Of a stretch of DNA of 64,000 nt, positions 9,225 to 19,100 are shown one piece after another. The stretch's first letter is position 1. Every line of letters begins with the position of its first letter. The stretch lies in the NCBI GenBank assembly GCA_947643405.1, contig CANRVY010000002.1, positions 10,233 through 74,232 on the forward strand, read 5' to 3'. The notes under the pieces were generated by a model. It was given only the letters and a program-made list of their open reading frames with translations, had not been told where the DNA came from and did no database searches. The translations under genes and the position numbers were made by a program. The DNA is from an uncultured Mycoplasmatota bacterium (lineage in GTDB: Bacteria; Bacillota_I; Bacilli_A; RF39; UBA660).

Positions 9225-9884
9225 CTATTTTATTGTTTTTTGGTATTGTGAGATAATTGGATTCCTTTCAAAATCTTTAAGCAGTTTTGCTAATAAATCA
9301 TAACTTAATTGAGGAGCAGTGATAACTTTATGTTTTATTTTATTGATATCTAGAAATGTAAATCCTGGGATGCAGCATTCTAATATTAAGGTGCGAAATT
9401 GTTTCAATAGTATTTGTAATTGTTCTGGAGATTTTAGGTGGTGGCAATTGTTACCATCTATATCAATGAGTTGTACCTCTTCTTCTTTTGTTATCACGAT
9501 ATTGTCTTGAAATAAATCGTCTAAAATGAGATTCTGTTTTGTAAGTTCCTGTAAGTTTCTGCTCAATTCTTTTAATTTTTGAATTTTAAAAGGAAGAGGT
9601 CTGGTAAAGATGGTTTCAAAAGAAGATGCATCAAATGGATGTAAAACCGCTCCTATAAATTGAGTGTTAAAATAAATTGCTCCTAGTGGTAATTGGGTGT
9701 GTTTGATTTTTGGTTGAAATGAGATAATCTCTTCTAATCTAATGTCACTATAAGAGTATGGGTTATGATAAAGTTTATAAAGGCGAGAACCTACTTTATA
9801 TAAATTCCCTTCACTCCCATCAAAATCTGGTTTCTTAGATAATAATTCCATGTATTCTTCATTAGAAAGTATCACTTTTTCCAC
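9225..9884 (-). CDS. Hypothetical protein with protein-kinase-like motifs
   Basis: GSEGNLYKV (Gly-rich loop-like), LILDDLFQDNIVI (catalytic-loop-like D..N), QLIDIDGNN (DFG-like). Short for a kinase; weak call. Confidence 0.4.
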   Translation of the reverse strand: MEKVILSNEEYMELLSKKPDFDGSEGNLYKVGSRLYKLYHNPYSYSDIRLEEIISFQPKIKHTQLPLGAIYFNTQFIGAVLHPFDASSFETIFTRPLPFKIQKLKELSRNLQELTKQNLILDDLFQDNIVITKEEEVQLIDIDGNNCHHLKSPEQLQILLKQFRTLILECCIPGFTFLDINKIKHKVITAPQLSYDLLAKLLKDFERNPIISQYQKTIK

Positions 9885-10000
9885 TTTTTATCCCCCTTTT
9901 TTGGAATGCTATTGTATCAATAATTATCAAGTTTGTCAAAACCTATTTTTGACTATTTTATTCTTTTATTATATGATATATAGGAATTGGAGTTGGAAGT

Positions 10001-11299
10001 ATGCTTGCAAAAAGTATTAATGCAACTACCCTACTATTAAATGGGATTACATTTATTGTTTTGGGAATTTGTTTATTTTTTATCAATCATTTGACTTTGA
10101 AAATCCTGCTTTTCATTTTTGGAGGATTGACTATTTTATTTGGTGTTTTTTCTATTTTAAAATTGTTATGGGAAAAGCAAGTAAAAAATGCTTGGATGTC
10201 CATTTTAAATGGAGTACAAGATATCATTATTGGTATTTTAATATTCTCTTTTTCTGATTTTATTCTACATAGTTTTGGGGTGTGTTTTGGACTTTATTTG
10301 CTCCTTCATACCATAATTAATAGTATTGAATATTTTATTTATAGAAAATATCAAATTAAAGGAAGACTCCGCATTATTTTAAATATTTTGGTTTTAATTT
10401 TATTTTTAATTCCTTTATTATTTAATATGGAACAAAATATTCAGGTGACTTCTATTATTTTGGGTATTTATTTAATCAGTTATGGTTTTACTAAAATTAC
10501 TGATTTTTTTACTATTTTGATTCCTAAAAGGACTACAAATAAAATCAAGCAGCAAATTCAAATTCCTCTTCCTGTGATTTTGAACGCTTTTATTCCAAGA
10601 CGGTTAATTACTTTGGTAAATGAAATGTTGGAAGTTGAAAATGACGATTTTAGTTATCAAAAGCAATCTGTTGTTCCAGATATTTATGTTTTGATTCATC
10701 TAGCAAAAGGTGGAACCGCAGCAATGGGACATATGGAAATCGCATTTGAAGGGAAGATTTATTCATATGGAAATTATGATATGCATTCAAGGAGCTTATT
10801 TGATGCAGTTGGAGATGGAGTTATTTTAGTCGCTGATAAAGAAAAATATATTGCATATATGATAGAGAAAAAAGACCGTTATTTGGTGGAATTTGGGCTT
10901 ACTTTAACAAATAAAGAGAAAAAAGTAGTAAAAGAACAAATAGAAAAATTAGTTTCCACGAATACAGTTCCCTATTTTCCTGATTTTGAATTAGCAGAAA
11001 AAGAGTTACTTCCAAAAGGAAATTATCAGGATATGTCCAGTGAAATTTATAAGTATGCTAATGGAAAGTTTTATAAAATTACAAAAGGAAAATATAGAAA
11101 ATTTTTTGTATTAAAAACAAACTGTGCAATGGTAGCTCAATATGTTTTGAGTTCTATTGGAAAACAGATTTTGTGTGTAAATGGAATTATTACTCCAGGA
11201 GCTTATTATGATTATTTAAATGCCCGTTTTAAGTTAAAAAACACCAATGTGATTAGTAGGAAAGTTTATACGAGAAAGGATTTTGCCAATGGAGAATAA
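10001..11299 (+). CDS. Membrane protein: HdeD/DUF308-like polytopic N-domain fused to a possible permuted papain-like (LRAT/YiiX-type) C-domain
   Basis: About 6 TM helices in the first 190 aa. In the C-domain a His motif (AAMGHMEIAF) precedes a Cys motif (VLKTNCAMVAQYVL), the order seen in permuted NlpC/P60-LRAT enzymes. Confidence 0.5.
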   Translation: MLAKSINATTLLLNGITFIVLGICLFFINHLTLKILLFIFGGLTILFGVFSILKLLWEKQVKNAWMSILNGVQDIIIGILIFSFSDFILHSFGVCFGLYLLLHTIINSIEYFIYRKYQIKGRLRIILNILVLILFLIPLLFNMEQNIQVTSIILGIYLISYGFTKITDFFTILIPKRTTNKIKQQIQIPLPVILNAFIPRRLITLVNEMLEVENDDFSYQKQSVVPDIYVLIHLAKGGTAAMGHMEIAFEGKIYSYGNYDMHSRSLFDAVGDGVILVADKEKYIAYMIEKKDRYLVEFGLTLTNKEKKVVKEQIEKLVSTNTVPYFPDFELAEKELLPKGNYQDMSSEIYKYANGKFYKITKGKYRKFFVLKTNCAMVAQYVLSSIGKQILCVNGIITPGAYYDYLNARFKLKNTNVISRKVYTRKDFANGE

Positions 11300-11954
11300 A
11301 AGCTTTAATGTATTATATAATAATGCTGAAAAATTAAAATATGAGGAAAGATGCTTGGAACAGTTGAAAAAATATTTGTTAAAACAAGGGTATCCAGCAG
11401 AATCCTTTCATTATCCATTTCATTTTGATTCTATCTATTGTGATTTATTAATTTCTAATCCAGAAACCAATGAACCTCTGATTTATTTTGAAGTGAAAAC
11501 AAAAGAAAGTATGAATAATGGATACCGCTATTATCAAAAGTATAAGTCTAATATTTCTAATGCCCTATTTTATTTGATTTATTTAGATGAAACGAAAGAG
11601 CTAAAGTTAATAAAAATGTATCCAAGTATGCCATTTTCAAAATTTATGACAATTTTAAACAGTAATTATACTTCTACTCTACCTCTATATAAAGAAATTG
11701 TAAAAGAACAATTCATTTTAGAAAAAGAAAAGAAAAAGAAATCAATTAAGAAAAAGAGAGATTTGTTTTCTCTTTGGTGTAATGGAATAACTTTAGCTAT
11801 AATCATTTTATTTATATTAGAATTATTTGATGTTTTTAGATGGACAACAGAACGCATTGTTATAATTGTTTTGATTTCATTTATTCCTGTTCTTCCACTG
11901 TTTGCTGAAATTAAAATAGGAGATTATACTTTTAAACGAAAAAAACAAGATTAA
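11283..11954 (+). CDS. Membrane-anchored protein with HsdR-N-like PD-(D/E)xK nuclease-fold domain
   Basis: LKKYLLKQGYPAESF...CDLLISNPETNEPLIYFEVKTKE matches the D...(E/D)xK core of the type I restriction HsdR N-terminal family. Two C-terminal TM helices. Overlaps the upstream gene by 17 nt. Confidence 0.5.
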   Translation: MPMENKSFNVLYNNAEKLKYEERCLEQLKKYLLKQGYPAESFHYPFHFDSIYCDLLISNPETNEPLIYFEVKTKESMNNGYRYYQKYKSNISNALFYLIYLDETKELKLIKMYPSMPFSKFMTILNSNYTSTLPLYKEIVKEQFILEKEKKKKSIKKKRDLFSLWCNGITLAIIILFILELFDVFRWTTERIVIIVLISFIPVLPLFAEIKIGDYTFKRKKQD

Positions 11955-11964
11955 TGTCTTGTTT
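11943..11964. terminator. Bidirectional terminator hairpin between convergent genes
   Basis: AAACAAGA-TTAATG-TCTTGTTT, an 8-bp perfect stem flanked by A/T runs, overlapping both stop codons. Confidence 0.55.
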
Positions 11965-13367
11965 TAATTTGCAACTCTATGATGAATTTCTGGAGTGCTC
12001 ATTGTAATTTTTTCAAATGTGTAGCCATTATTTTTTCCATACCTAATAATTTTTCTAATTGCATTTAATGTTTTATAGTTTCCATTAAAATCATGCATTA
12101 AAACGATATTGTTTTTATTTCCTAAGTTTTTGATAACGTTGTTATAAACTTCATCTGATGTACGTGCTTCTCCTGCATCTCCACTTCCTACATTCCAATC
12201 AAAATAATGAAATCCTTTTGATTTTACTTCCTGTGTCAAAGTTGTCATTATTCCAGGGTTAAATCTACTGACTGTGTTTGAACTTCCTCCTGGAAAACGA
12301 ATTATCATTGGTTTTTGTCCTGTAATTCGTTCTACTTTCTTTTGGATTATTTCTAAATCTGTAAAAAAAGCATTGGAAGAACTATAGATTTGTTTATAAT
12401 TGTGGCTACTACCATGAAGTGCGACTGTATGTCCTTCCTCATATTCTCGTTTTATTAAATAGTCTAATTCTGAACTACGGTTTAAAATGAAGAAAGTTGC
12501 TTTTACATTTTCTTCTTTTAAGATATCTAAAAGCGCTGGTGTTATAGAAGCACTTGGACCATCATCGAAAGTAAGATAAATAACCTTTCCATTTGATGGT
12601 TTTTGTCCTAAAACAACAACTTTTCGACTTATTTTTGTACTATTAGAAGAACTATCTGTCACTTCATAAGTAACTTCATAGGTCCCTATTTTATGGGTAT
12701 CTAAATTCGATTTTACGACTACTTTTTTTGTAATATCTCCATCACAATTATCGGTTGCTTGATATCCTGGTTCTTGATAAGTTTCTCCGATGTAAAGGGA
12801 ATAAGCATTCCCATCATTTAATGTAATAACAGGTGCATCTTTATCTTGATATTGAATTTCCCTTTTTAAGGAAGAAAGGTTTCCAGATTTGTCTTTGACT
12901 GAATAAAGTATATGGTCTTTATTATTTTTGACAATGACATCTTTTGTTAAATCCCCATCATAATTATCCATGCTTGTATACCCTTCTTCTTCGTATTTGC
13001 TTCTTGGACAAATAATAGCAGGATTAGCCCCTTTTAGTGTAAGTGTAGGTGGTGTTTGGTCTAAAACGGATACATAACGAATTTTCTGATAGGCTTGTCC
13101 ATTATAATGAATTTTATAAATTACTTTATAGGTCCCTATTTTTTTGGTATTGATGTTATTTTCAATCACTACTTTATTGGTCATATCCAAATATACTCTA
13201 TGAGCATGATATCCAGGTTCTTCATAGGTATCGTTTAGATTTAGAATGAGATTTCCTTTTTCTAATGTGATAGTTGGAATGATGTTTGCAATGATGATAA
13301 TAAAAAAGTCGGTAAAAAGTAGTATGATGGCAAGTGTAAATAACCATTTTTCTTCTTTTTCCATCAT
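11964..13367 (-). CDS. Polysaccharide/peptidoglycan deacetylase (NodB domain) with two N-terminal Ig-like (DUF5011-type) repeats
   Basis: NodB motifs TFDDGP and HGSSH. Repeated YEEPGY..D..DGD(L/I)TK modules. N-terminal TM anchor. Confidence 0.85.
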   Translation of the reverse strand: MMEKEEKWLFTLAIILLFTDFFIIIIANIIPTITLEKGNLILNLNDTYEEPGYHAHRVYLDMTNKVVIENNINTKKIGTYKVIYKIHYNGQAYQKIRYVSVLDQTPPTLTLKGANPAIICPRSKYEEEGYTSMDNYDGDLTKDVIVKNNKDHILYSVKDKSGNLSSLKREIQYQDKDAPVITLNDGNAYSLYIGETYQEPGYQATDNCDGDITKKVVVKSNLDTHKIGTYEVTYEVTDSSSNSTKISRKVVVLGQKPSNGKVIYLTFDDGPSASITPALLDILKEENVKATFFILNRSSELDYLIKREYEEGHTVALHGSSHNYKQIYSSSNAFFTDLEIIQKKVERITGQKPMIIRFPGGSSNTVSRFNPGIMTTLTQEVKSKGFHYFDWNVGSGDAGEARTSDEVYNNVIKNLGNKNNIVLMHDFNGNYKTLNAIRKIIRYGKNNGYTFEKITMSTPEIHHRVAN

Positions 13368-13380
13368 ACATCACCAACCT

Positions 13381-14208
13381 TTATTCATCATAATTATCTA
13401 AAAAAGAGTGTTTTTCTCCGCCTTTTCGATAAGCAATTACTGCATCTAAGTTAACATTTTCGATACTTCTAAAAATATTGATGTCTACATAATCGCTTTT
13501 TTTTCGGAATTCATGAATTAAAGCTTTCATTTCTAATCGTTTTGAAAGACTTGGGTCCACTTTTTCTGTATGTTCTGTAAACCTGCAAGCGCAGTTTAAA
13601 AACTCTAGATGATTGCTGTTTTTCCATGAAATGATATCGTGTTCTTTTACATAATAAAGAGGTCTTATTAGTTCCATTCCTTCAAAATTTTCACTATGAA
13701 GTTTTGGCATCATTGTTTTGATTTCCCCGCCATAGAACATAGAAAGTAATATGGTTTCAATGGCATCATCAAAATGGTGTCCTAAAGCAATTTTATTACA
13801 TCCGAGCTCTTTTGCTTTGCTATATAAAGAACCTCTTCTCATTCTTGCGCATAAATAGCAAGGATTTCCTTCTGTTAATCCATTCACAGAATCGAAAATA
13901 TTGCTTTCAAAAATGATAATTGGAAGATTCATTTTCTTGGCATTTTCTATAATTAACTCCCTATTTTTTTTGTTATACCCAGGGTCCATTACAATGAACT
14001 CTAATTCAAAGTTTATTTTTCCATGTCTTTTAATTTCCTGCATACATTTTGCTAATAAAAAAGAGTCTTTTCCTCCAGAAATACAGACTGCAATTTTATC
14101 ATTTTCTTTGATTAATTCATAGTCTGTAACGGCTCTAACAAATCTTCCCCATATTTTTTTTCGATATTTTTTAATGATGCTTTTTTCTATTTCTTTATAT
14201 TCTTCCAT
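13381..14208 (-). CDS. ttcA: PP-loop ATPase, tRNA 2-thiocytidine synthase TtcA-like
   Basis: SGGKDS PP-loop, CYLCARMRRG and CACRF cysteine motifs; typical length. Confidence 0.8.
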   Translation of the reverse strand: MEEYKEIEKSIIKKYRKKIWGRFVRAVTDYELIKENDKIAVCISGGKDSFLLAKCMQEIKRHGKINFELEFIVMDPGYNKKNRELIIENAKKMNLPIIIFESNIFDSVNGLTEGNPCYLCARMRRGSLYSKAKELGCNKIALGHHFDDAIETILLSMFYGGEIKTMMPKLHSENFEGMELIRPLYYVKEHDIISWKNSNHLEFLNCACRFTEHTEKVDPSLSKRLEMKALIHEFRKKSDYVDINIFRSIENVNLDAVIAYRKGGEKHSFLDNYDE

Positions 14209-14217
14209 AAATAACCT

Positions 14218-14871
14218 CTAACATTCTTTGTTACATACATCTCCTAAGATAGTATGCATATATTCGCTATATATCAAAACCAATTCTTTTTCTTCTTCTT
14301 TGGTTAAGCCTGTATTTGGATTGGCTTTTCTTATATGGCAACCAATAATTTCTCCGTCTTTTACGAAAACAATTGTTGGAAAGTATAAACGTTTTATTGT
14401 TTCGTTTTTTAAGCCCTCATAAATAGGTAGATGTGGTTCTAAAATGTCTAAAAGTTGATAGTATTCTTTGGTTCCTTCTTTCTCTGTTACGATTTCCCCG
14501 TTTATATCTAAATGTTTTGTATCTCTTATTTCGGTTGCATTTAAATAATAAATGGTTTCAATTCCTACCATGTTGGCTGTATTCAGCAATGTTTCTATGA
14601 TACTTCTACTTAAAAAGTCGTCTGGAGCACCAAAATAGATAATGGCTGTTCCCTCTTTTAGCAAATGTAAGACTTCTTCTATATTGGAATATTGAATGGC
14701 ATTATCTTCTGGTATGGAAACCTTTTGATAAGTGTTATCTCCTATTGTTTTTCCGTTTAAAGTCTCATATTCTTCTTTAAAAATAATTGCGTCTGTTTTC
14801 TTTTTTTCTTCTTTATTACAACCTGATACAATTGATACTATTATGATTAAAATTAACACAGCTTTTTTCAT
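14218..14871 (-). CDS. Lipoprotein with thioredoxin-like fold but no CxxC
   Basis: Lipobox MKKAVLILIIIVSIVSGC at the internal start (track ORF extends to 14925). The C-terminal region resembles a thioredoxin fold (IVFVKDGEIIG) and lacks redox cysteines. Confidence 0.5.
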   Translation of the reverse strand: MKKAVLILIIIVSIVSGCNKEEKKKTDAIIFKEEYETLNGKTIGDNTYQKVSIPEDNAIQYSNIEEVLHLLKEGTAIIYFGAPDDFLSRSIIETLLNTANMVGIETIYYLNATEIRDTKHLDINGEIVTEKEGTKEYYQLLDILEPHLPIYEGLKNETIKRLYFPTIVFVKDGEIIGCHIRKANPNTGLTKEEEKELVLIYSEYMHTILGDVCNKEC

Positions 14872-14984
14872 ATTTTCACGAACCCATTCCACAAACATTA
14901 TACGGAAAAAGTAGCTTATGGTCAATAGAAAAAGAAATCATAAGCTTATTTTTAGAAATATCATGATTTTTATAAATGATTCAA

Positions 14985-15015
14985 TAAAAAAACTCGTTTC
15001 TAATTATAGAAACGA
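14985..15015 (-). terminator. Rho-independent terminator of trxA
   Basis: Stem CGTTTCTA / TAGAAACG with a 4-nt loop, followed on the minus strand by a T7 run. Confidence 0.65.
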
Positions 15016-15022
15016 ATGTTAA

Positions 15023-15334
15023 TTATCTATTTTTATTAATCCAATCTTCTAACATTGGTTTTGGCATAAATCCATGCTCTGTAGAAACTGCTTCTCCATT
15101 TTTAAATAGCATTAAAGTAGGAACACTCATAATCGCATATTTTTTAGAAAGCTCTGGACATTCATCAACGTCCATTTTTACAATTTTTACATCTGCTCTT
15201 TCACTTGCCATTTCTTCTAAAACTGGTCCTAACATTTTACAAGGTCCACACCAAGTAGCAAAAAAATCTACTAAGACAAGCTCATCATGAATTAAGTTTT
15301 CAAATTCATTTTCATTTCCATGAATGATTTCCAT
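15023..15334 (-). CDS. trxA: Thioredoxin
   Basis: WCGPCK active site; 103 aa. Confidence 0.92.
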   Translation of the reverse strand: MEIIHGNENEFENLIHDELVLVDFFATWCGPCKMLGPVLEEMASERADVKIVKMDVDECPELSKKYAIMSVPTLMLFKNGEAVSTEHGFMPKPMLEDWINKNR

Positions 15335-16068
15335 TATTCTGTCGCCTCTTTTCTATATTTATTTAATACACTATCTACATTGTCAATTACTAGTTTGTTC
15401 TTTTCAATCAGTCTATCAACAGAAGATAGTTTTACAATATCATATTTTAAGAATAAATCCAATGTTTCTAGATTGAATTCTGTTGCACTTTCTGCTACTT
15501 CGTATTTTTCTTTTAAAGATGCGAATTCATCAATTACTTTCATACTACTATTTACCATATTTGACAAAATAGGAGTCGATTTTAAAATTGTGTTAGCGTA
15601 TTTTGATTCTTGTACTGCTTTGATGTGAAACATTGGTAACATTAATACATAAAGAATAATAAATGTAATTACAAAATATTCGACAATACCAATCAATGCT
15701 CCCAATAGTTTTGATGGAATTCCAAGTACAATTGTTGCTTTTAAAATTGCTTCAAATAGTGTTGTTGCAAGCATCAATACTTTTAGCGCAACCATCAAAA
15801 TTGTAAACACTACTAAAAAAGCAATTACTTCATATAGTAAAATATTTAAGACAGTAACTCCTTTTAATACCCCACCAAATTTAAAAAATGGCAAATGTTC
15901 ATATAAAAATACAGAAACTGGATTTTTTAGGAAGAATGATAAGACAACAACAAGAATTAATCCTAAACAAGAAACCAATTGCTTTGTTGCTCCCCTTTTC
16001 CATCCAATTGCTACCCCTGATAAAATGAATACAATGATAATGATATCAACTAAATTCAAATTAACCAT
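15334..16068 (-). CDS. CvpA-family membrane protein
   Basis: Four TM helices with the N-terminal pattern IIIVFILSGVAIGWKRG typical of CvpA. Position next to rnhC matches B. subtilis. Confidence 0.65.
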   Translation of the reverse strand: MVNLNLVDIIIIVFILSGVAIGWKRGATKQLVSCLGLILVVVLSFFLKNPVSVFLYEHLPFFKFGGVLKGVTVLNILLYEVIAFLVVFTILMVALKVLMLATTLFEAILKATIVLGIPSKLLGALIGIVEYFVITFIILYVLMLPMFHIKAVQESKYANTILKSTPILSNMVNSSMKVIDEFASLKEKYEVAESATEFNLETLDLFLKYDIVKLSSVDRLIEKNKLVIDNVDSVLNKYRKEATE

Positions 16069-16159
16069 TCCCTTCTATTAAAATTATATTATAAATTTGT
16101 CGAAAAAGAAAGAATTTTCTTGGATTTATGGTAAAATAACAATATAGGAGGCATAAATT

Positions 16160-17122
16160 ATGACAATTACATTAAAAGTAAGTGAAAATACAAAAAAGAA
16201 AATGATAGAATATTTTGAAGATAAAAAACGTTTAAAAACTCCACCTTATGCAGTTTTTCAAGCAGATGAATCTGATACTGTTGTTACACTTTATGAGTCT
16301 GGGAAAGCTGTTTTTCAAGGTACGAGTGCGGATATAGATGCTGCTATGTGGAAAGAAATGGAACAACATTTAAACCCATTAAAGCAAGTAGAAATGACAA
16401 ATAGTGAACAAAAAGAGAAAAAAGAAAAAAAAGAGATTATGATTGACCCAAATATTTATTATGCTTCTTCTATTGGCTCAGATGAAGTTGGAACCGGAGA
16501 TTATTTTGGGCCTATGGTTGTGACAGCTGCTTATATTAAGAAAGAAGATATTCCTTTTCTAGAAGAACTAGGAGTAAAAGATTCTAAAAAATTGACAGAT
16601 GATAAAATTCTAGATATTGTTCCAAAATTAATCAAAAGAATTACATACCATTCTATTGTTTTATCAAACAAAGAATATAACGAACGATATAGTTCTGATG
16701 TTAATATGAACAAAATAAAAGCAATTATGCATAATAAAGCATTGTTTGAATTGGTTCAAAAAAATTTAGGACAGGAATATATTGTAGTGGATGAATTTGC
16801 GAAACCAGGTGTTTATTTTCATTATTTAAAAGGTGTTCCTAATGTTGTTCGAAATATTACTTTTATGACAAAAGGAGAAGATAAATGTCTATCTGTTGCT
16901 TGTGCTTCTTTGATTAGTAGATATATTTTTATTGGAGAATTTGATAAACTAGGAGATTCATTGGGTGTCTTTTTACCAAAAGGAGCGAGTGATGTGGTGG
17001 ATGAAATGGGGGTTAAAATTGCCACTCAATTTGGATTTGGAAAACTAAAAGAATGTGCGAAATTAAATTTTAAGAATACAGGAAAAATTCAAAATATGTT
17101 ACAAAAAAAACAAGGGCTATAA
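16160..17122 (+). CDS. rnhC: Ribonuclease HIII
   Basis: GSDEVGTGDYFGPMVV catalytic motif, an N-terminal TBP-like domain, and typical length of about 310 aa. Confidence 0.9.
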   Translation: MTITLKVSENTKKKMIEYFEDKKRLKTPPYAVFQADESDTVVTLYESGKAVFQGTSADIDAAMWKEMEQHLNPLKQVEMTNSEQKEKKEKKEIMIDPNIYYASSIGSDEVGTGDYFGPMVVTAAYIKKEDIPFLEELGVKDSKKLTDDKILDIVPKLIKRITYHSIVLSNKEYNERYSSDVNMNKIKAIMHNKALFELVQKNLGQEYIVVDEFAKPGVYFHYLKGVPNVVRNITFMTKGEDKCLSVACASLISRYIFIGEFDKLGDSLGVFLPKGASDVVDEMGVKIATQFGFGKLKECAKLNFKNTGKIQNMLQKKQGL

Positions 17123-17133
17123 AAGTTCTTGTT

Positions 17134-17487
17134 TTATTCTATTACTTGATATTTATATTGACTATTATGTTCTGTAATCTTAACGGTTAAATCATCAGAA
17201 AGTAATTCTTCTGTTTTTGGATTTTTAATATCTGCTGCAATATAACCACCCATTTTTAAATCTGCTAGTGTGATTGTAATACTTCCACCATTCACAGGCA
17301 ATTCTGAAATATGGTCCGCTGACCACTCTTTCGCGCCATCTATTACTGTATTTAATTGTGCTTGATATAATGTTTCATTACTTTCTTTAATTGCTTTATC
17401 GATTGCAGGAACGATTAAAAGTGCTAGAAGTCCTAATATTGTAATGACTCCCAATAATTCTGCTAATGTAAAACCTTTTTTATTCAT
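17134..17487 (-). CDS. Prepilin-type (type IV pilin/pseudopilin, ComGC-like) protein
   Basis: N-terminal MNKKGFTLAELLGVITILGLLALL is a class III signal peptide with G|FTLxE cleavage/methylation motif. Paralogue of 23913..24275. Confidence 0.8.
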   Translation of the reverse strand: MNKKGFTLAELLGVITILGLLALLIVPAIDKAIKESNETLYQAQLNTVIDGAKEWSADHISELPVNGGSITITLADLKMGGYIAADIKNPKTEELLSDDLTVKITEHNSQYKYQVIE

Positions 17488-17570
17488 ATTAGATGCTCCT
17501 ATTCTATAATTATTATAAATGAAATTTTTATTTTTTACAAGTAGAATTCTAAAATTAGCTTTATAAAAAA

Positions 17571-17591
17571 AACATACATGAAGTGTATGTT
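17571..17591 (-). terminator. Rho-independent terminator of the AI-2E transporter gene
   Basis: AACATACA-TGAAG-TGTATGTT stem-loop, followed on the minus strand by a T8 run. Confidence 0.65.
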
Positions 17592-18658
17592 TAAGCTTTT
17601 TTCTTGTTTCCTTTTATTGCTCCTACTTTTGAAGTAATATCTTGACCAAAGAATTTATAAGTTGTAATTAAAATAATAGAAAGTGGTAATGCCATAATAA
17701 TACCTGCAATTCCCCATAAAATTCCTCCTGCAAATACTGCGAAAATCGTAATTAATGGATGTAATTCATTTGATTTTCCATAAACAACAGGATTGATAAT
17801 ATATCCGTCTACATTGGATAATACAGCAAATGCAATACAAGTTCTAATAAATAAGGCTGGATTAATTACAAACGCTGTAATTGCTGCTATGATATTGACA
17901 AAAATTCCTCCAAAGTATGGAATTAAGTTTCCTAAAGCTGCAAGTAAACCTAGTAATATTGCATTTGGATGTCCGATTATTGTAAATGCGATAGAATATT
18001 CAAAGAATGAAATCACTACAATTTTTAAGAATCCTCCTAAATAATTCTGCATTTCATTGTCTAATCTTCTAACATAAACATAAGCTCGTTCGTTTTTTCT
18101 TACCAAATAACGTTTTACGCTAGCTCTAATTCTTTCCATATCCGATAAAATATAAATAGAAGCTGCGAAAATGATAAAGAATGTAGAAAGATAATTGATG
18201 GAAAGTCCAATTGCATTCATTGCCCCATCTGATACATAAGTTCCTAGTTTTTTTACAATTTCATCAAATACTCCTGATAAAGAATCTTGAACGCCACCTA
18301 AGTCAATATTATAATTTGTTGTGAGTTCTTTACAGAAAGCAATGATACTGTTAAAAAGGCTAGAAACTTGGTTGAATAATAGTGGTCCAACCATAACAGA
18401 TAATACGACAATTGTTCCAAGCACGACACCTAATATGATAAAGATGCCTACTCCTTTTGGAATTTTCTTTTTTTGTAAAAATTTTAAAATTGGATATAGA
18501 GCATATGCAACTGCAAAGGCTACTATAAATGGAGAGATAATCTTAAGACAAGTATTAAATACTCCCCCCCATAAGTTTCCTGTTCGATACATTAAAAATA
18601 TAATCAACATGACAAGTGCAAGATTAATCAGTTTAAAGTCTATTTTGTTTTTTAACAT
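17591..18658 (-). CDS. AI-2E family transporter (PerM/YueF-like permease)
   Basis: Eight-TM protein of 355 aa. Conserved C-terminal region GNLIPYFGG...DGYIINPVVYG...HPL is typical of the family. Confidence 0.8.
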   Translation of the reverse strand: MLKNKIDFKLINLALVMLIIFLMYRTGNLWGGVFNTCLKIISPFIVAFAVAYALYPILKFLQKKKIPKGVGIFIILGVVLGTIVVLSVMVGPLLFNQVSSLFNSIIAFCKELTTNYNIDLGGVQDSLSGVFDEIVKKLGTYVSDGAMNAIGLSINYLSTFFIIFAASIYILSDMERIRASVKRYLVRKNERAYVYVRRLDNEMQNYLGGFLKIVVISFFEYSIAFTIIGHPNAILLGLLAALGNLIPYFGGIFVNIIAAITAFVINPALFIRTCIAFAVLSNVDGYIINPVVYGKSNELHPLITIFAVFAGGILWGIAGIIMALPLSIILITTYKFFGQDITSKVGAIKGNKKKA

Positions 18659-18662
18659 ATAA

Positions 18663-19100
18663 TTACCTACTTTCTAAAATAATGGTTACTGGTCCATCAT
18701 TGATAAGATTTACTTTCATTTCTGCTCCAAAGATTCCAGTTTCTACAGGAACAAAAGAAGCCAATTTTTGGTTCCAAAGCTGATATAGAGAAATGGCTTC
18801 TTCTCCTTTCATTGCGTGAACATAACTAGGTCTTCTTCCCTTCTTTGTATCTGCATATAAAGTAAATTGAGAAATGCTAAGAACGCTTCCTTTGACATCT
18901 AGTAAAGAGCAATTCATAACTCCATTTTGGTCATCAAAGATTCGTAAATGAACTACTTTATCAATTAAATAATCAATATCTTCTACAGTGTCTCCAGGGG
19001 TAAATCCAACTAAGATAACCAACCCATTATCAATTGAACCAACTACTTTTTTGTCAACTTCAACACTGGCTTGTTTGCTTCTTTGAACAACCAATTTCAT
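18663..19100 (-). CDS. dtd: D-aminoacyl-tRNA deacylase
   Basis: MKLVVQR..., SQFTLYADTKKGRRPSY, GPVTIILES motifs; directly downstream of relA as in Bacillus. Confidence 0.92.
   Translation of the reverse strand: MKLVVQRSKQASVEVDKKVVGSIDNGLVILVGFTPGDTVEDIDYLIDKVVHLRIFDDQNGVMNCSLLDVKGSVLSISQFTLYADTKKGRRPSYVHAMKGEEAISLYQLWNQKLASFVPVETGIFGAEMKVNLINDGPVTIILESR

Noticed and set aside
10069-10257. 62-aa plus-strand ORF inside 10001..11299, and 11666..11857 antisense to 11283..11954
   Set aside because: Alternative-frame artefacts within longer, membrane-protein-like ORFs.
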